DNA of 44,952 bases from Candidatus Pacearchaeota archaeon (GCA_035349995.1 DAOPTN010000001.1:1-44952); one strand, 5' to 3'; positions 7,742 through 18,753 are shown, numbered from the stretch's first letter. Notes: generated by a model not told the origin, from the letters alone. Made by a program: numbers and translations.

Positions 7742-8900
7742 TCTTAAGGTTTTATATCTTTCTTCTTTCCCGCCACGACAATGTGGAATAGCCGATTTTA
7801 CTCAAAACACTATTAATGCAGTTTATAAAGTAAACCCTAATATAGATCAAAAAGTAATTGCTATTAATGAAAAAAATGCACCAAAAAGAGATTACCTAGC
7901 TACAGTAAAATGGGAACTAGAACAAGAAGATTTAGATTCTTATCAAAAAACTGCAAATTATATTAATGAGTGCGGAGCTGATGTTTTATTTTTACAGCAT
8001 GAATATGGCCTTTTTGGAGGATTTGATGGCATATTCGTTTTAAAATTATTAGAAAAATTGAAGGTTCCTATTGTTTCTTTTTACCATACAATCCCTCTTA
8101 TACCTACCTCAAAAAGAAGAGAGTTTCGTTTAAATATTATAAAAAACATTGGTAATATAAGTAAGCATATTATTACTACCACCCAAAGTGGCAAAGAAAT
8201 CTTGGAAAAAGAATGTAAAATTCCTGTAAGAAAAATTTCTATCGTTCATCATGGCGGATATGATATTCCCTATCCCAAGCAAAAAGACAAGGAAGAATTA
8301 AAAAAGAAATACGGTTTTCAAGGAAAATTTATTGTTTTAACTTACGGGCTTATTACAAAATCAAAAGGAATTGATTATGCCATAGAAGCAATAGCAAAAT
8401 TGAAAGATAAACATCCAAATATACTTTATATTATTGCAGGCACTTCTCATCCAGTCAAAATTAAATTAGCAGAAAAAGATTATTATAGCGATCTTCAATT
8501 AAAAACAAAAAAGGCAAAAGCCGCAGACAATGTTAAGTTTGTTAATAAATATTTTGAGGAAGAGGAACTTATCGATTATCTAAAAATGGCTGATCTTTTT
8601 TTAATCCCTTATCTAGTAAGAGAACAAATTTCAAGCGGAGTCCTTGCCAATGCCGCTACTACTGGAAACTGTATTTTAAGCACACCATTCCCCTATGCCA
8701 AAGAAATAATCGGCGAAGACGAAGAAAGAGGATATTTTATAGATTTTGAAAATAGTGATTCTATTGCTCAAAAAATTGCTTTTTTAATAGAAAATCCGAA
8801 AATTATTGAGAAAAAAAGAAAAGAAATGTATCAATTCGGTAGAAATTTTACTTGGCAAAAAATGGCAGAAGAGTTTATTAAAATTCTTCAAAAAAAATGA
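7728..8900 (+). CDS. GT4-family glycosyltransferase, paralog
   Basis: SSFPPRQCGIADFT N-terminus and REQISSGVLANAATTGNCILSTP. It overlaps the previous gene by 14 nt. Confidence 0.8.
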   Translation: MKKNDLKVLYLSSFPPRQCGIADFTQNTINAVYKVNPNIDQKVIAINEKNAPKRDYLATVKWELEQEDLDSYQKTANYINECGADVLFLQHEYGLFGGFDGIFVLKLLEKLKVPIVSFYHTIPLIPTSKRREFRLNIIKNIGNISKHIITTTQSGKEILEKECKIPVRKISIVHHGGYDIPYPKQKDKEELKKKYGFQGKFIVLTYGLITKSKGIDYAIEAIAKLKDKHPNILYIIAGTSHPVKIKLAEKDYYSDLQLKTKKAKAADNVKFVNKYFEEEELIDYLKMADLFLIPYLVREQISSGVLANAATTGNCILSTPFPYAKEIIGEDEERGYFIDFENSDSIAQKIAFLIENPKIIEKKRKEMYQFGRNFTWQKMAEEFIKILQKK

Positions 8901-8954
8901 TTTTTAAAAGGTAACTTTTATCTTTAAAAATAACTTTAAAAAATTTAAATAATC

Positions 8955-8985
8955 AAAAACGGCCCTTTTAAGGGCCGTTTTATAA
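8955..8985. terminator. Bidirectional rho-independent terminator between the GT4 gene and groEL
   Basis: AAAAACGGCCC-TTTTAA-GGGCCGTTTTAT hairpin with A/T runs on both sides, between convergent genes. Confidence 0.8.
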
Positions 8986-8999
8986 AAATATCCTACTTT

Positions 9000-10646
<1,647 letters not shown>

Positions 10647-10679
10647 TTAAACTTTTTTAAAAAGTTGCAAGCTAAGAAG

Positions 10680-10970
10680 CTATTCTAAAATTGCTAATAT
10701 ATCTTCTTCTTTTGCAATAAGATATTCTTTGTCATCGACCTTTATTTCGTCAGGACCATATTTTTTAAAGAGCACCTTGTCTCCTTTTTTCACATCTGGT
10801 GTCAATATTTTACCAGATGATAATTTTTTGCCTGGTCCCACGGCAATAACTGTTCCTTCTTGCGGTTCTTCTTTCTCAGCGGTTTCGGGTAATAAAATCC
10901 CGCTTTTTGTCTTTTCCTCTTTTTTTATTGGCTCAATCAAAATATAATCTGCAAGTGGTTTAATGTTCAT
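10680..10970 (-). CDS. groES: Co-chaperonin GroES
   Basis: MNIKPLADYILIEP...GILLPETAKEK-like sequence, 96 aa, directly upstream of groEL. Confidence 0.95.
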   Translation of the reverse strand: MNIKPLADYILIEPIKKEEKTKSGILLPETAEKEEPQEGTVIAVGPGKKLSSGKILTPDVKKGDKVLFKKYGPDEIKVDDKEYLIAKEEDILAILE

Positions 10971-11065
10971 AAAACATCTCTCGAATAAGGCTCGAATTAA
11001 TCGAATGTTTCTCGAATGTTCGAGATTTATTCGGTTTCATTCGTGGAAAATTCGAGAATTATTTA

Positions 11066-11092
11066 TTAGCAAACTCGACCTTTGATTGCTAA
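11066..11092 (-). promoter_or_regulatory. CIRCE-like HrcA operator
   Basis: TTAGCAAAC-N9-GATTGCTAA against the consensus TTAGCACTC-N9-GAGTGCTAA. It lies a few nt downstream of the groES -10 box. Confidence 0.75.
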
Positions 11093-11095
11093 TCC

Positions 11096-11124
11096 ATTTT
11101 AGCAAAACAAATACCCTCTGTCAA
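11096..11124 (-). promoter_or_regulatory. groES-groEL promoter TTGACA-N17-TAAAAT
   Basis: Minus-strand TTGACA at 11119..11124 and TAAAAT at 11096..11101. The -35 sits inside a CCCTCT/AGAGGG hairpin that may terminate the upstream gene. Confidence 0.65.
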
Positions 11125-11215
11125 GAGGGGTTTGATAATATATTTAAGGTAAATTTTTTAATTAAAATAATTTACTTAACAGCACAGCTAGATGTAAACG
11201 AATCATTAAAAATAT

Positions 11216-11758
11216 CTATTCTATACAGCAATCAATTGCTTTTTTAACCAGTTCTCCTAATTTTCCCAAAAATCCCTTTTTTTCTTTATCGTGTTTATTT
11301 AACGCCTTATCATCAATTTTCTTTACATCACCAACATCAATCAATTTTAAATTCAATCCCCAAAAAAGAGAATATAAATCATATGCCTTATCAAAAAGAT
11401 TATATGCCTCATCTTTTTTCCCTTTTCCCAACTGTTTTGTGCCAACCTCCATTAAACGCATTGAAGATGCAAGCAAATGCTTAGAAATACACCACAGTTC
11501 TCCCTCTGGTTCTTTAACTATTTTTTTCAAAAGTTCCTTTCGCATCTCACGAACATCTTTTATCATATCATAATATTCAGGCTTTTGAAGTTTGGCTCCA
11601 GTGAAAAAGAAGTGCTCCTCAATGCTCACCAAATTCATTATTGCAATACTCAAATCCTCATCAGACGATAAATCAAACTTATCTTTTTTTTTCATCTCAT
11701 CCACTTTTTTAATAAATTCATCAACATTTTTTATCGGATTTTTATCATTATCTTTCAT
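11216..11758 (-). CDS. Hypothetical cytoplasmic protein
   Basis: 180-aa ORF with coding-like composition. I recognise no family. Confidence 0.55.
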   Translation of the reverse strand: MKDNDKNPIKNVDEFIKKVDEMKKKDKFDLSSDEDLSIAIMNLVSIEEHFFFTGAKLQKPEYYDMIKDVREMRKELLKKIVKEPEGELWCISKHLLASSMRLMEVGTKQLGKGKKDEAYNLFDKAYDLYSLFWGLNLKLIDVGDVKKIDDKALNKHDKEKKGFLGKLGELVKKAIDCCIE

Positions 11759-11762
11759 ATAT

Positions 11763-12278
11763 TTATTTTGTTAAAAAATAATAAAGAACACTTAAAATTA
11801 TTAAAGGCAAAATAGATATTACAACTTTTTGAAAAGGAAAATAAACATGGCCGTTATTTTTTTCTTTCAAGTAATAATGCCAATTTGCACCACACCAAAA
11901 AGCTATACTCCCTACAATAATTCCAAAAAGCAACTTGTCTAAATGGCAGAAACATAAAGCATTCAAAGGATTGCCTATAATTCCTGAGTAAAAAAGAGGA
12001 ATTATTACTAACGCAAAATAAGCAATAACTACTAAAACAGTCCTTCCCCAAAAATGAATATTTTTCTTCGCAAGCCATCCATCTGTCCAAATAATTAAAG
12101 AAACAATTAATCCACCAATCCATAATCCTGTTATGGTATCATCAATCCCTAACCAACGAGAAAGGCCAACTCCTGCGCCCACAGCAATAGTACACAATGG
12201 ACAAACAGCCAATGCTTTATTGCCAAAAAGAAATCCAGCCACTAAAAAAGAAAAAAGAAAAATAAGTGTCTTTTTCAT
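11763..12278 (-). CDS. Polytopic membrane protein with CPLC and CFC cysteine pairs
   Basis: Signal/anchor segment, then AVCPLCTIAV, about five hydrophobic segments, and a second cysteine pair ALCFCH. It is adjacent to the thioredoxin-like gene with a 2-nt gap. Confidence 0.6.
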   Translation of the reverse strand: MKKTLIFLFSFLVAGFLFGNKALAVCPLCTIAVGAGVGLSRWLGIDDTITGLWIGGLIVSLIIWTDGWLAKKNIHFWGRTVLVVIAYFALVIIPLFYSGIIGNPLNALCFCHLDKLLFGIIVGSIAFWCGANWHYYLKEKNNGHVYFPFQKVVISILPLIILSVLYYFLTK

Positions 12279-12280
12279 AT

Positions 12281-12700
12281 TTATTGCCCCTCAGCCATTT
12301 TTTGTTCAAAAAATTTGATAATTTCCTGTTCGCCCATCAAACAGTTTTTTCCATCCCAAAGAAATGGTATCCCAATAGAATCGCCTGACAAACCACAATC
12401 TTCCGCTCGCATCTGAAGTTCTTTTAAATTTAAATTATTATAATAAACCTCTTTTCGAGTAAAAGAAACTTTTTCTTGAACATTATTTTCTTCAATATAT
12501 TCTTCTATAATTTTACAATGAGGACAATCATCGCTATAAAAAAGAACAACATTATTCATTGACTGTTGCATTGCTTCTTGATTTTGCTGCGAGGTCTCAT
12601 TGTTTTCTATTTTATTTGCATTTTCTTCAGACAGAACAAAGATTGAAAAAATAAAAATTGCAATAAAAACAATAGTAGAAAAAACAATTTTTTTGTCCAT
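12281..12700 (-). CDS. Membrane-anchored thioredoxin/glutaredoxin-fold protein (CPHC active site)
   Basis: N-terminal TM helix, then VVLFYSDDCPHCKIIEEYIEENN, typical of a Trx-fold CxxC oxidoreductase. Confidence 0.7.
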   Translation of the reverse strand: MDKKIVFSTIVFIAIFIFSIFVLSEENANKIENNETSQQNQEAMQQSMNNVVLFYSDDCPHCKIIEEYIEENNVQEKVSFTRKEVYYNNLNLKELQMRAEDCGLSGDSIGIPFLWDGKNCLMGEQEIIKFFEQKMAEGQ

Positions 12701-12706
12701 ATATAA

Positions 12707-12735
12707 ATAATATTAAATCTCTTTTAATCTGTCAA
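12707..12735 (-). promoter_or_regulatory. Promoter TTGACA-N17-TATTAT placed 6 nt from the ATG, predicting a leaderless mRNA
   Basis: Minus-strand TTGACA at 12730..12735 and TATTAT at 12707..12712. TTATAT follows, then the ATG at 12698..12700. Confidence 0.55.
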
Positions 12736-12884
12736 ATAAATTTATCCATCTTCCTTTGTGACAATAAATTATCCTTGCGAAAATTCTGACATCATTAATA
12801 ATTGAGTTTTTTAAAAAAACAGGATAAGACAAATAAGATTAAAATTTTTTATCTTATAGCAAATTTAAAGTAAAAAAAGCTTAA

Positions 12885-13010
12885 GGTCTGTATAGGGCAA
12901 CGATCTACTTTCGCAGCAAAAGCTACTATCATCGACCCTGAAGGATTTCACTTCTGTGTTCGAAATGGGAACAGGTGGAGCACCTTCGGTATCGTCGCCT
13001 TATACAAACC
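12885..13010 (-). rRNA. rrf: 5S rRNA
   Basis: The reverse complement contains CCACCTGTTCCCATTTCGAACACAGAAGTGAAA (conserved loop B/helix III region). The terminal helix is GGTTTGTATAAGGC/GCCCTATACAGACC. Confidence 0.85.
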
Positions 13011-13274
13011 TCAAGCTTTAATTGATATGGAATATGTTTTTAAATTTAATCCCAAAAACAGTTTCATTCTCTATAATCATTCAATAAACTTAAAACTTAA
13101 AAGTAAATAAAAATAGAAGTTTGAATCTGTTTATCTTTTTTAAATTGCCTTTTAAATTGGAGACTACAGTAAATGGTTTATTAGTACTGCTCGGCTTAAC
13201 CCATTACTGAGCTTACACCTGCAGCCTATCAACCTCGTCGTCTTCGAGGAACCTAAGAGTCCTAATCTTGGGAG

Positions 13275-13313
<39 letters not shown>

Positions 13314-13477
13314 AAACATAGCTACCCAGCGATGCCCTTGGCAGGACAACTGGTACACCAGAGGTTTGTCCATCCGGGTCCTCTCGTACTACGGACGGCT
13401 TCCCTCAAGACTCAACGCCTACGACAGATAGAGGACTAACCTGTCTCACGACGGTTTGAACCCAGCTCGCGTAAGAT

Positions 13478-13526
<49 letters not shown>

Positions 13527-14304
13527 ATCTTGAGCCGACATCGAGGTGGCGAACAGGGCCGTCAATGTGGACTTTCGGGCCCTACCACCCTGTTATCCCC
13601 GGGGTAACTTTTGTCTGATGATCTTCTCACGTTCTATAAAGATGAGTCGGTTCACTAAGCTCTGGTTTCCCAACTGCGCGGCTTTCCCGCCTTGCAGTAA
13701 AGCCAGCTTTTGCCTTTGTACGATCGTTCCGATTTCCATCCGGAACTAGCTGACCTTAATAGACTTCTCCGTTACCTTTTAGGAGAATAGCGCCCCACTA
13801 AAACTACCCGGCACCTACTGTCCCCTAAACAGGGTTAGAATTATCCTTTTGAGAGATGGGTATTTCACTGACGGCTCTGCCCTGACCGGAATCAGGGCTT
13901 CAAAGCCTCCCCACTATGCTACGCACCCAAAAAAATAATTCAATAAGAACCTATAGTAAAGCTCCCGGGGTCTTCCCGTCTTGTCGCAGGTAGAGAGCAT
14001 CTTCACTCTCACTGCATTTTCACCGGGCTCCTCATTGAGACAGTTCTCTGGTCGTTACGCCTTTCATGCGGGTCGTAACTTACACGACAAGGGATTACGC
14101 TACCTTAGGACGGTCAGAGTTACCGCCGACGTTCACTAGGGCTTCGCTCCCTCAGCCACTTCATATCTGAAATCAGATACAAAGCAACCGGGAAGGTTAA
14201 CCTTCTAGCACTGGTCAGGCGTCAGCCCCTATACTTCCTGTTACCAGTTATGCAGGGACCTGTGTTTTTGATAAACAGTCGCCAGAGATACGTTAACTGC
14301 GACC

Positions 14305-14465
14305 CACCTCGCGCTCCGCGCGAGAAAATCCCAAATCACAAATTCCAAATAACAAACAAATCTTAAATTCCAATGACTAAAATTCAAAACAGTTTTGAAT
14401 TTTAGTGCTTGGAGATTGTTTGAAACTTGGTGCTTGGAATTTCCTTGTGCGAAGCACAAGGCAGG
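14305..14465 (-). repeat. 23S insertion 1 (helix 63 region by eye) carrying the shared hairpin module
   Basis: It lies between the conserved AAACAGTCGCC...GACCC block and AGGTCTTATTGCGAACTTACG. It starts with CCTCGCGCTCCGCGCGAG and ends with CCTTGTGCGAAGCACAAGG. Confidence 0.8.
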
Positions 14466-15083
14466 TAGGTCTTATTGCGAACTTACGACCACTTTTTTGC
14501 CGAGTTCCTTAATGAGGAATCACCCGTTCACCTTGGTGCTTTTACACCCATCTACCTGTGTTGGTTTGCGGTACGAATACTTTGCTAATAAATCCTACGA
14601 AGTTTTTCTCGGAAGCGAGCTCATTTGAATTTTCAGACAATTCTGAATTTTCTCAACTTTTGAAGTTGTTCCTCATCGAAATGAGAAACTGTCTTACGGA
14701 TTTGCCAATAAGACCTTCTTAAGCAAAGAACGGAAATCCAATAATCCGCTCAAACTACTTCACTTCGTTGCTCCTTCAGAATTAGCAAAGAAGGGTCGGA
14801 ATATTAACCGACTACCCATCCCCCGACACTTTTCAGTGACGAAGTTAGGATCGCCTAACCCTTGGTTGATATCCATTGCCAAGGAAACCTTAGATTTTCG
14901 GTGCTCTGCTTTCTCAGCAGAGTTGCGGTTACTCATGCCAACATTCTCACTTCCCTTCGCTCCACCAAAGCTCACGCTTTGGCTTCAACGCAAAGAAAAC
15001 GCTCCTCTACCATCCTTGTGCTAAGCACAAGGATCCGTATCTTCGGTATTTTGTTTGAGCCCCGTTAAATCTTCAGCGCTCCT

Positions 15084-15143
15084 CTGCCCTCAAAGAGAAC
15101 AAGTTCTCTTCTCGCGCCTCGTCTCATAAATGAGATTTGGCAG
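15084..15143 (-). other. 23S insertion 2 (helix 45 region by eye), ~45 nt extension
   Basis: A CTGCC...GGCAG extended hairpin sits where E. coli has the short GCAGGCCGAC tip. Confidence 0.55.
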
Positions 15144-15703
15144 TCGAATAGTGAGTTGTTACACACTCTTTAAAGGATGGCTACCTCTGAGCCAACCTTC
15201 TATCTGTCTTAGCAGAGAAACTTCTTTTTCCACTTAACAAAAATTTAGGGACCTTAGATGACGGTCTGGGCTTTTTCCCTTTTGACTACGGAGCTTAGCC
15301 CCCGCAGTCTAACTACCTATTTTAATTTTCCAGCATTCGGAGTTTGGTAAGAATACCTACCCGAAGGCACAGTATTCTTTCCAGTGCTCTACCTCCAGAA
15401 AACATAATAGGCGCTAGCCCTAAAGCTATTTCGAGGAGAACCAGCTATTACCAGACTCGATTAGCTTTTCACTCCTTACCACAGGTCATCCCACCGTTTT
15501 GCAGCGCGGACGGGTTCGGGCCTCTCTCTGTATTTCTACAGAGTTCACCCTGCCCATGGTAAGCTCGTCTGGCTTCGGGTCTTTATTTGCCAGTTATTAA
15601 TCGCGCAATTTCACACTTGATTGCTCTATGCCTACACCCTAAAACGGGCTTAGACAAACTGACAAAAAAACTCGTTGGCTCGTTATGCAAAAAGCACGAC
15701 GTC

Positions 15704-15896
15704 ACCTCGCGCTCCACGCAAGAAAACTCTAATTTCTAAACTCTAAATAATTTCAAAGTTCAAATTTCAAAACTCAAAAACTTTTTTGAGAGAAGAAAGG
15801 AACTTCGTTCTTTGATCGCTTTATTTTACTTAAAAAAGATTCAGCTTTAGAGTTTAGGGTTTTAAGTTTAGAGTTTGCTTGTGTGAAGCACAAGGC
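15704..15896 (-). repeat. 23S insertion 3 (helix 25 region by eye), ~190 nt
   Basis: It lies between GCAAAAAGCACGACGTCA and CTCCGTCTCTTTGTAGGTCTATGGTTTCAGGTTC. It starts with CCTCGCGCTCCACGCAAG, ends with GCTTGTGTGAAGCACAAGG, and contains AAAGGAACTTCGTTCTTTGATCGCT, which is shared with the intergenic repeats. Confidence 0.75.
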
Positions 15897-15953
15897 TCCG
15901 TCTCTTTGTAGGTCTATGGTTTCAGGTTCTATTTCAACGGGATCACCTCCCTG

Positions 15954-15992
<39 letters not shown>

Positions 15993-16159
15993 GAGATTAA
16001 GTATTTAGCCTTAGCTGATAGTCCAGCCAGGTTCCCTCGGGGCTTTCGTTTCCCGAGGTACTCAAGAAAGATGGCAAGAAGCATAAAGTTATTTTTATCT
16101 ACTGGACTTTTACCTTCTATGGTTGTCCTTTCCAGGAACATTCGATTAATAACTTTACC

Positions 16160-16341
16160 TAAATATTCTTCCTCAGCAATTTCTCAATTTAAAAAATTGA
16201 GAAAGTTCTGATACCATCTCCTTACAACCCCCAGCCGCACCTCGCTATGCTCGGGCGGAATTTCTAATTTTCAATTTTAAATTTCTAAAAATTTTTGTTT
16301 GAAAATTTGTAAATTCCGTGCCAAACGCAGTGAGGTACGGC
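16160..16341 (-). other. 23S insertion 4 (domain I, near E. coli ~270 by eye), two hairpins, ~180 nt
   Basis: CTCAATTTAAAAAATTGAG hairpin, plus GCCGCACCTCGC...GCAGTGAGGTACGGC enclosing the AT-rich TTTCTAATTTTCAATTTTAAATTTCTAAAAA. Confidence 0.6.
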
Positions 16342-16386
16342 CAGGTTTGGGCTCCTCCCTTTTCACTCGCCGCTACTCAGGGAATG

Positions 16387-16527
16387 TCCTCGCGCTCCGC
16401 GCGAGAAAATCTCAAATCACAAATTCCAAATAACAAACAAATCTTAAATTCCAATGACTAAAATTCAAAACAGTTTTGAATTTGGTGCTTTGTGTTTGTT
16501 TGAAATTTCCTTGTGCGAAGCGCAAGA
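16387..16527 (-). repeat. 23S insertion 5 (domain I) carrying the shared hairpin module
   Basis: 16388..16483 matches 14307..14402 over 96 nt with one mismatch. It ends with CCTTGTGCGAAGCGCAAG. Confidence 0.85.
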
Positions 16528-16577
16528 TTGTTTTCTTTTCCTCCGCTTACTAAGATGTTTCACTTCAGCGGGTGTGC

Positions 16578-16743
16578 CCCTCGCATTCTGCTCAAAATCT
16601 CAAATCACAAGTTCCAAATAACAAACAAATCTTATAAATTACAATGACCAAAATTCAAAACAGTTTTGAATTTTGAATTTGGTGCTTTGTGTTTGTTTGA
16701 AATTTGGTGTTTATGATTTGGTGCTTCAAGCAAAATGCGAGGT
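16578..16743 (-). repeat. 23S insertion 6 (domain I) carrying a diverged copy of the shared module
   Basis: AAAATCTCAAATCACAAGTTCCAAATAACAAACAAATCTTATAAATTACAATGACCAAAATTCAAAACAGTTTTGAATT, closed by CCTCGCATTCTGC/GCAAAATGCGAGG. Confidence 0.8.
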
Positions 16744-16954
16744 AACGAGCATTTTGTGCTCGCTGGGTTTCCCCATTCGGAAATCCCCGGATCAAAGGTT
16801 GCTAAACACCTCCCCGAGGCTTATCGCAGTCACGCCACGTCCTTCATCGCCTTAATCTCCCAAGGCATCCTCCATAGACCCTTATTCTGTAGTCTCCAAA
16901 TCAAAAAGCAAGTTAATGAAAATAAATTCATCTTCCTACTTTTAATGTTTGAAG

Positions 16955-16983
16955 AACTTATTTTTTTCCTCTTAAATTGTCAA
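16955..16983 (-). promoter_or_regulatory. Candidate 23S-5S promoter TTGACA-N17-TAAGTT
   Basis: Minus-strand TTGACA at 16978..16983 and TAAGTT at 16955..16960, ~60 nt upstream of the 23S 5' stem. Confidence 0.4.
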
Positions 16984-17020
16984 AGAACTATCCTTCTCAA
17001 TCATTTCTTTTTTTATATTT

Positions 17021-17042
17021 AAAAAACCGCTTGGAAGCGGCT
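17021..17042 (-). terminator. Rho-independent terminator after aspS
   Basis: Minus-strand GCCGCTTCCAAGCGG followed by TTTTTT. Confidence 0.7.
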
Positions 17043-17202
17043 TTTCAAGATAATTTAAAGCACAGGCATATTAGCCACTTCCAAATATAAAAAAACAATT
17101 CTTATTATACATAACCTTATACATTCTACTATTATTCTATAAAAAAAATAAAAAAAGTCAAGACCCCCTATAACTCCTAAAAGATAAGAAATAACAACAT
17201 TG

Positions 17203-18540
17203 TTATTTCTTGAACGAAGTTGAAGAATTATTAATAAGACGTGTATCAATTCTTGTCATGTCCCGAGGAAATAAACTAGCTTCGCGAATATTCTGAAGGC
17301 CTAATATTTGTTTTGTTACTCGTTCTGCGCCAAAAGCAAATCCACCCTCAGGTGGCATACCATATTTAAATGCCTGTAAATAGAATTCAAAATCCTCTAT
17401 CTTATTTCCCCATTTTTTTATATTATCAACTAATTTTTGGTATTGATGGATTCTTTTTCCGCCAGTCACCACTTCTAATCCTCGAAAAAGCAAATCAAAA
17501 CTTAAGGTATAATCAGAATTTTCAGGATCAGGATAAGTATAAAACGGTCGCTTTTTTGTTGGATAATGAGTAATAAAAACCAAATCTGATTGATATTTTT
17601 CTTTTACAAATTGACAAATTTCTTTTTCGTCCTCTGGATCTAGATCCAATTCTTGTCGCCGGTTTCTGCCGGTCCTTTTTGAAATAATTTCTTGGGCTTC
17701 ACGCATTTTTAAACGAGGAATATTTTTTTCTATTAAAGGTAAGGAGGCATTATGTAATTTCAATTCTTTTGAGCAATTTTTCTCAATTTGAAGGAATATT
17801 TTTTTAATCACGTTTTCGCAAACATCCATTAATTCTTCCCAAGAATCAATAAATCCCATTTCAGCATCTAAACTAATATATTCTGTCAAATGACGTGTAG
17901 TAATACTGGGTTCTGCCCGATATGCCTTTGTAATTGTAAAAACTCTTTCAAACACCGGCACTAATATTTGTTTATAAAGTTGTGGGCTTTGTGCTAAATA
18001 AGCATCATTTTTAAAATAATCGATATGAAATACTTCAGCTCCTCCTTCAGCACAAATGGGCACAATAGCCGGTGATTCAAATTGAGTAAATCCCATTTCC
18101 TTAAGAACACTACGAAAACTTGCAATAATCTCCTCTTGGACTTTAAAAATAGCTTTTATCTTATCATTCCTTAAGGTCAATGGCCTATAATCTAATAATT
18201 TTGGCAATCTGCATTTAAGGTCTTTAAAATCAAATGGTAAATTTTCAGCAGTATTTAAAATTTTTACTTTTTCAGCTTTCATTTCTATTTCACCGGTTTC
18301 TATTTCGGAATTTGACATTTTGGGCGGTCTTTTTTTTATTTCACCTTCTATTTCCACCACATACTCATCTTTCACGTCTGTTACCAAGTCAGGCACACAA
18401 ACTACTTGTAAGACACCAGACCGATCTTTTACATCTAAAAAAACAACTCCGCCATGATCTCTGCGAGAGTAAACAAAACCGCAAATTTTAATTTTTTCTC
18501 CAATTAAATTTGGAGAATTTTTTATAAGCGTTCTTTGCAT
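17203..18540 (-). CDS. aspS: Aspartate--tRNA ligase, short form without the GAD insertion domain
   Basis: N-terminal OB-fold RRDHGGVVFLDVKDRSGVLQVV and class II motifs YRAEPSITTRHLTEY and GGFAFGAERV. It is 445 aa against ~590 in typical bacterial AspRS. Confidence 0.8.
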   Translation of the reverse strand: MQRTLIKNSPNLIGEKIKICGFVYSRRDHGGVVFLDVKDRSGVLQVVCVPDLVTDVKDEYVVEIEGEIKKRPPKMSNSEIETGEIEMKAEKVKILNTAENLPFDFKDLKCRLPKLLDYRPLTLRNDKIKAIFKVQEEIIASFRSVLKEMGFTQFESPAIVPICAEGGAEVFHIDYFKNDAYLAQSPQLYKQILVPVFERVFTITKAYRAEPSITTRHLTEYISLDAEMGFIDSWEELMDVCENVIKKIFLQIEKNCSKELKLHNASLPLIEKNIPRLKMREAQEIISKRTGRNRRQELDLDPEDEKEICQFVKEKYQSDLVFITHYPTKKRPFYTYPDPENSDYTLSFDLLFRGLEVVTGGKRIHQYQKLVDNIKKWGNKIEDFEFYLQAFKYGMPPEGGFAFGAERVTKQILGLQNIREASLFPRDMTRIDTRLINNSSTSFKK

Positions 18541-18573
18541 AAATACAAAAGAATAAAAAACTATCTATTAATA

Positions 18574-18753
18574 TTAATTGTTTGGTGTTCCGTTTTGACT
18601 GGGCGGTACTGTTTTATCATCTTGAGAATTTCCCTCTGTTGGCTCTTCTTTTTTCTCCTCTTTTTTGTTTTCTTCCGGCTGCCTCAGATAATAAACGATA
18701 AAACCCACCACGACAACAATAACAATAACCCAAACCCATGTTATTGCATCCAT
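18574..18753 (-). CDS. Possible 59-aa single-pass membrane protein (below the ORF-track cutoff)
   Basis: My translation is MDAITWVWVIVIVVVVGFIVYYLRQPEENKKEEKKEEPTEGNSQDDKTVPPSQNGTPNN. It looks more protein-like than the 75-aa plus-strand ORF at 18535..18762. Confidence 0.3.
   Translation of the reverse strand: MDAITWVWVIVIVVVVGFIVYYLRQPEENKKEEKKEEPTEGNSQDDKTVPPSQNGTPNN

Noticed and set aside
17055-17249. 64-aa minus-strand ORF overlapping the aspS stop region.
   Set aside because: It lies in the AT-rich spacer before the aspS terminator and overlaps the aspS 3' end out of frame. It has a hydrophobic, low-complexity translation.
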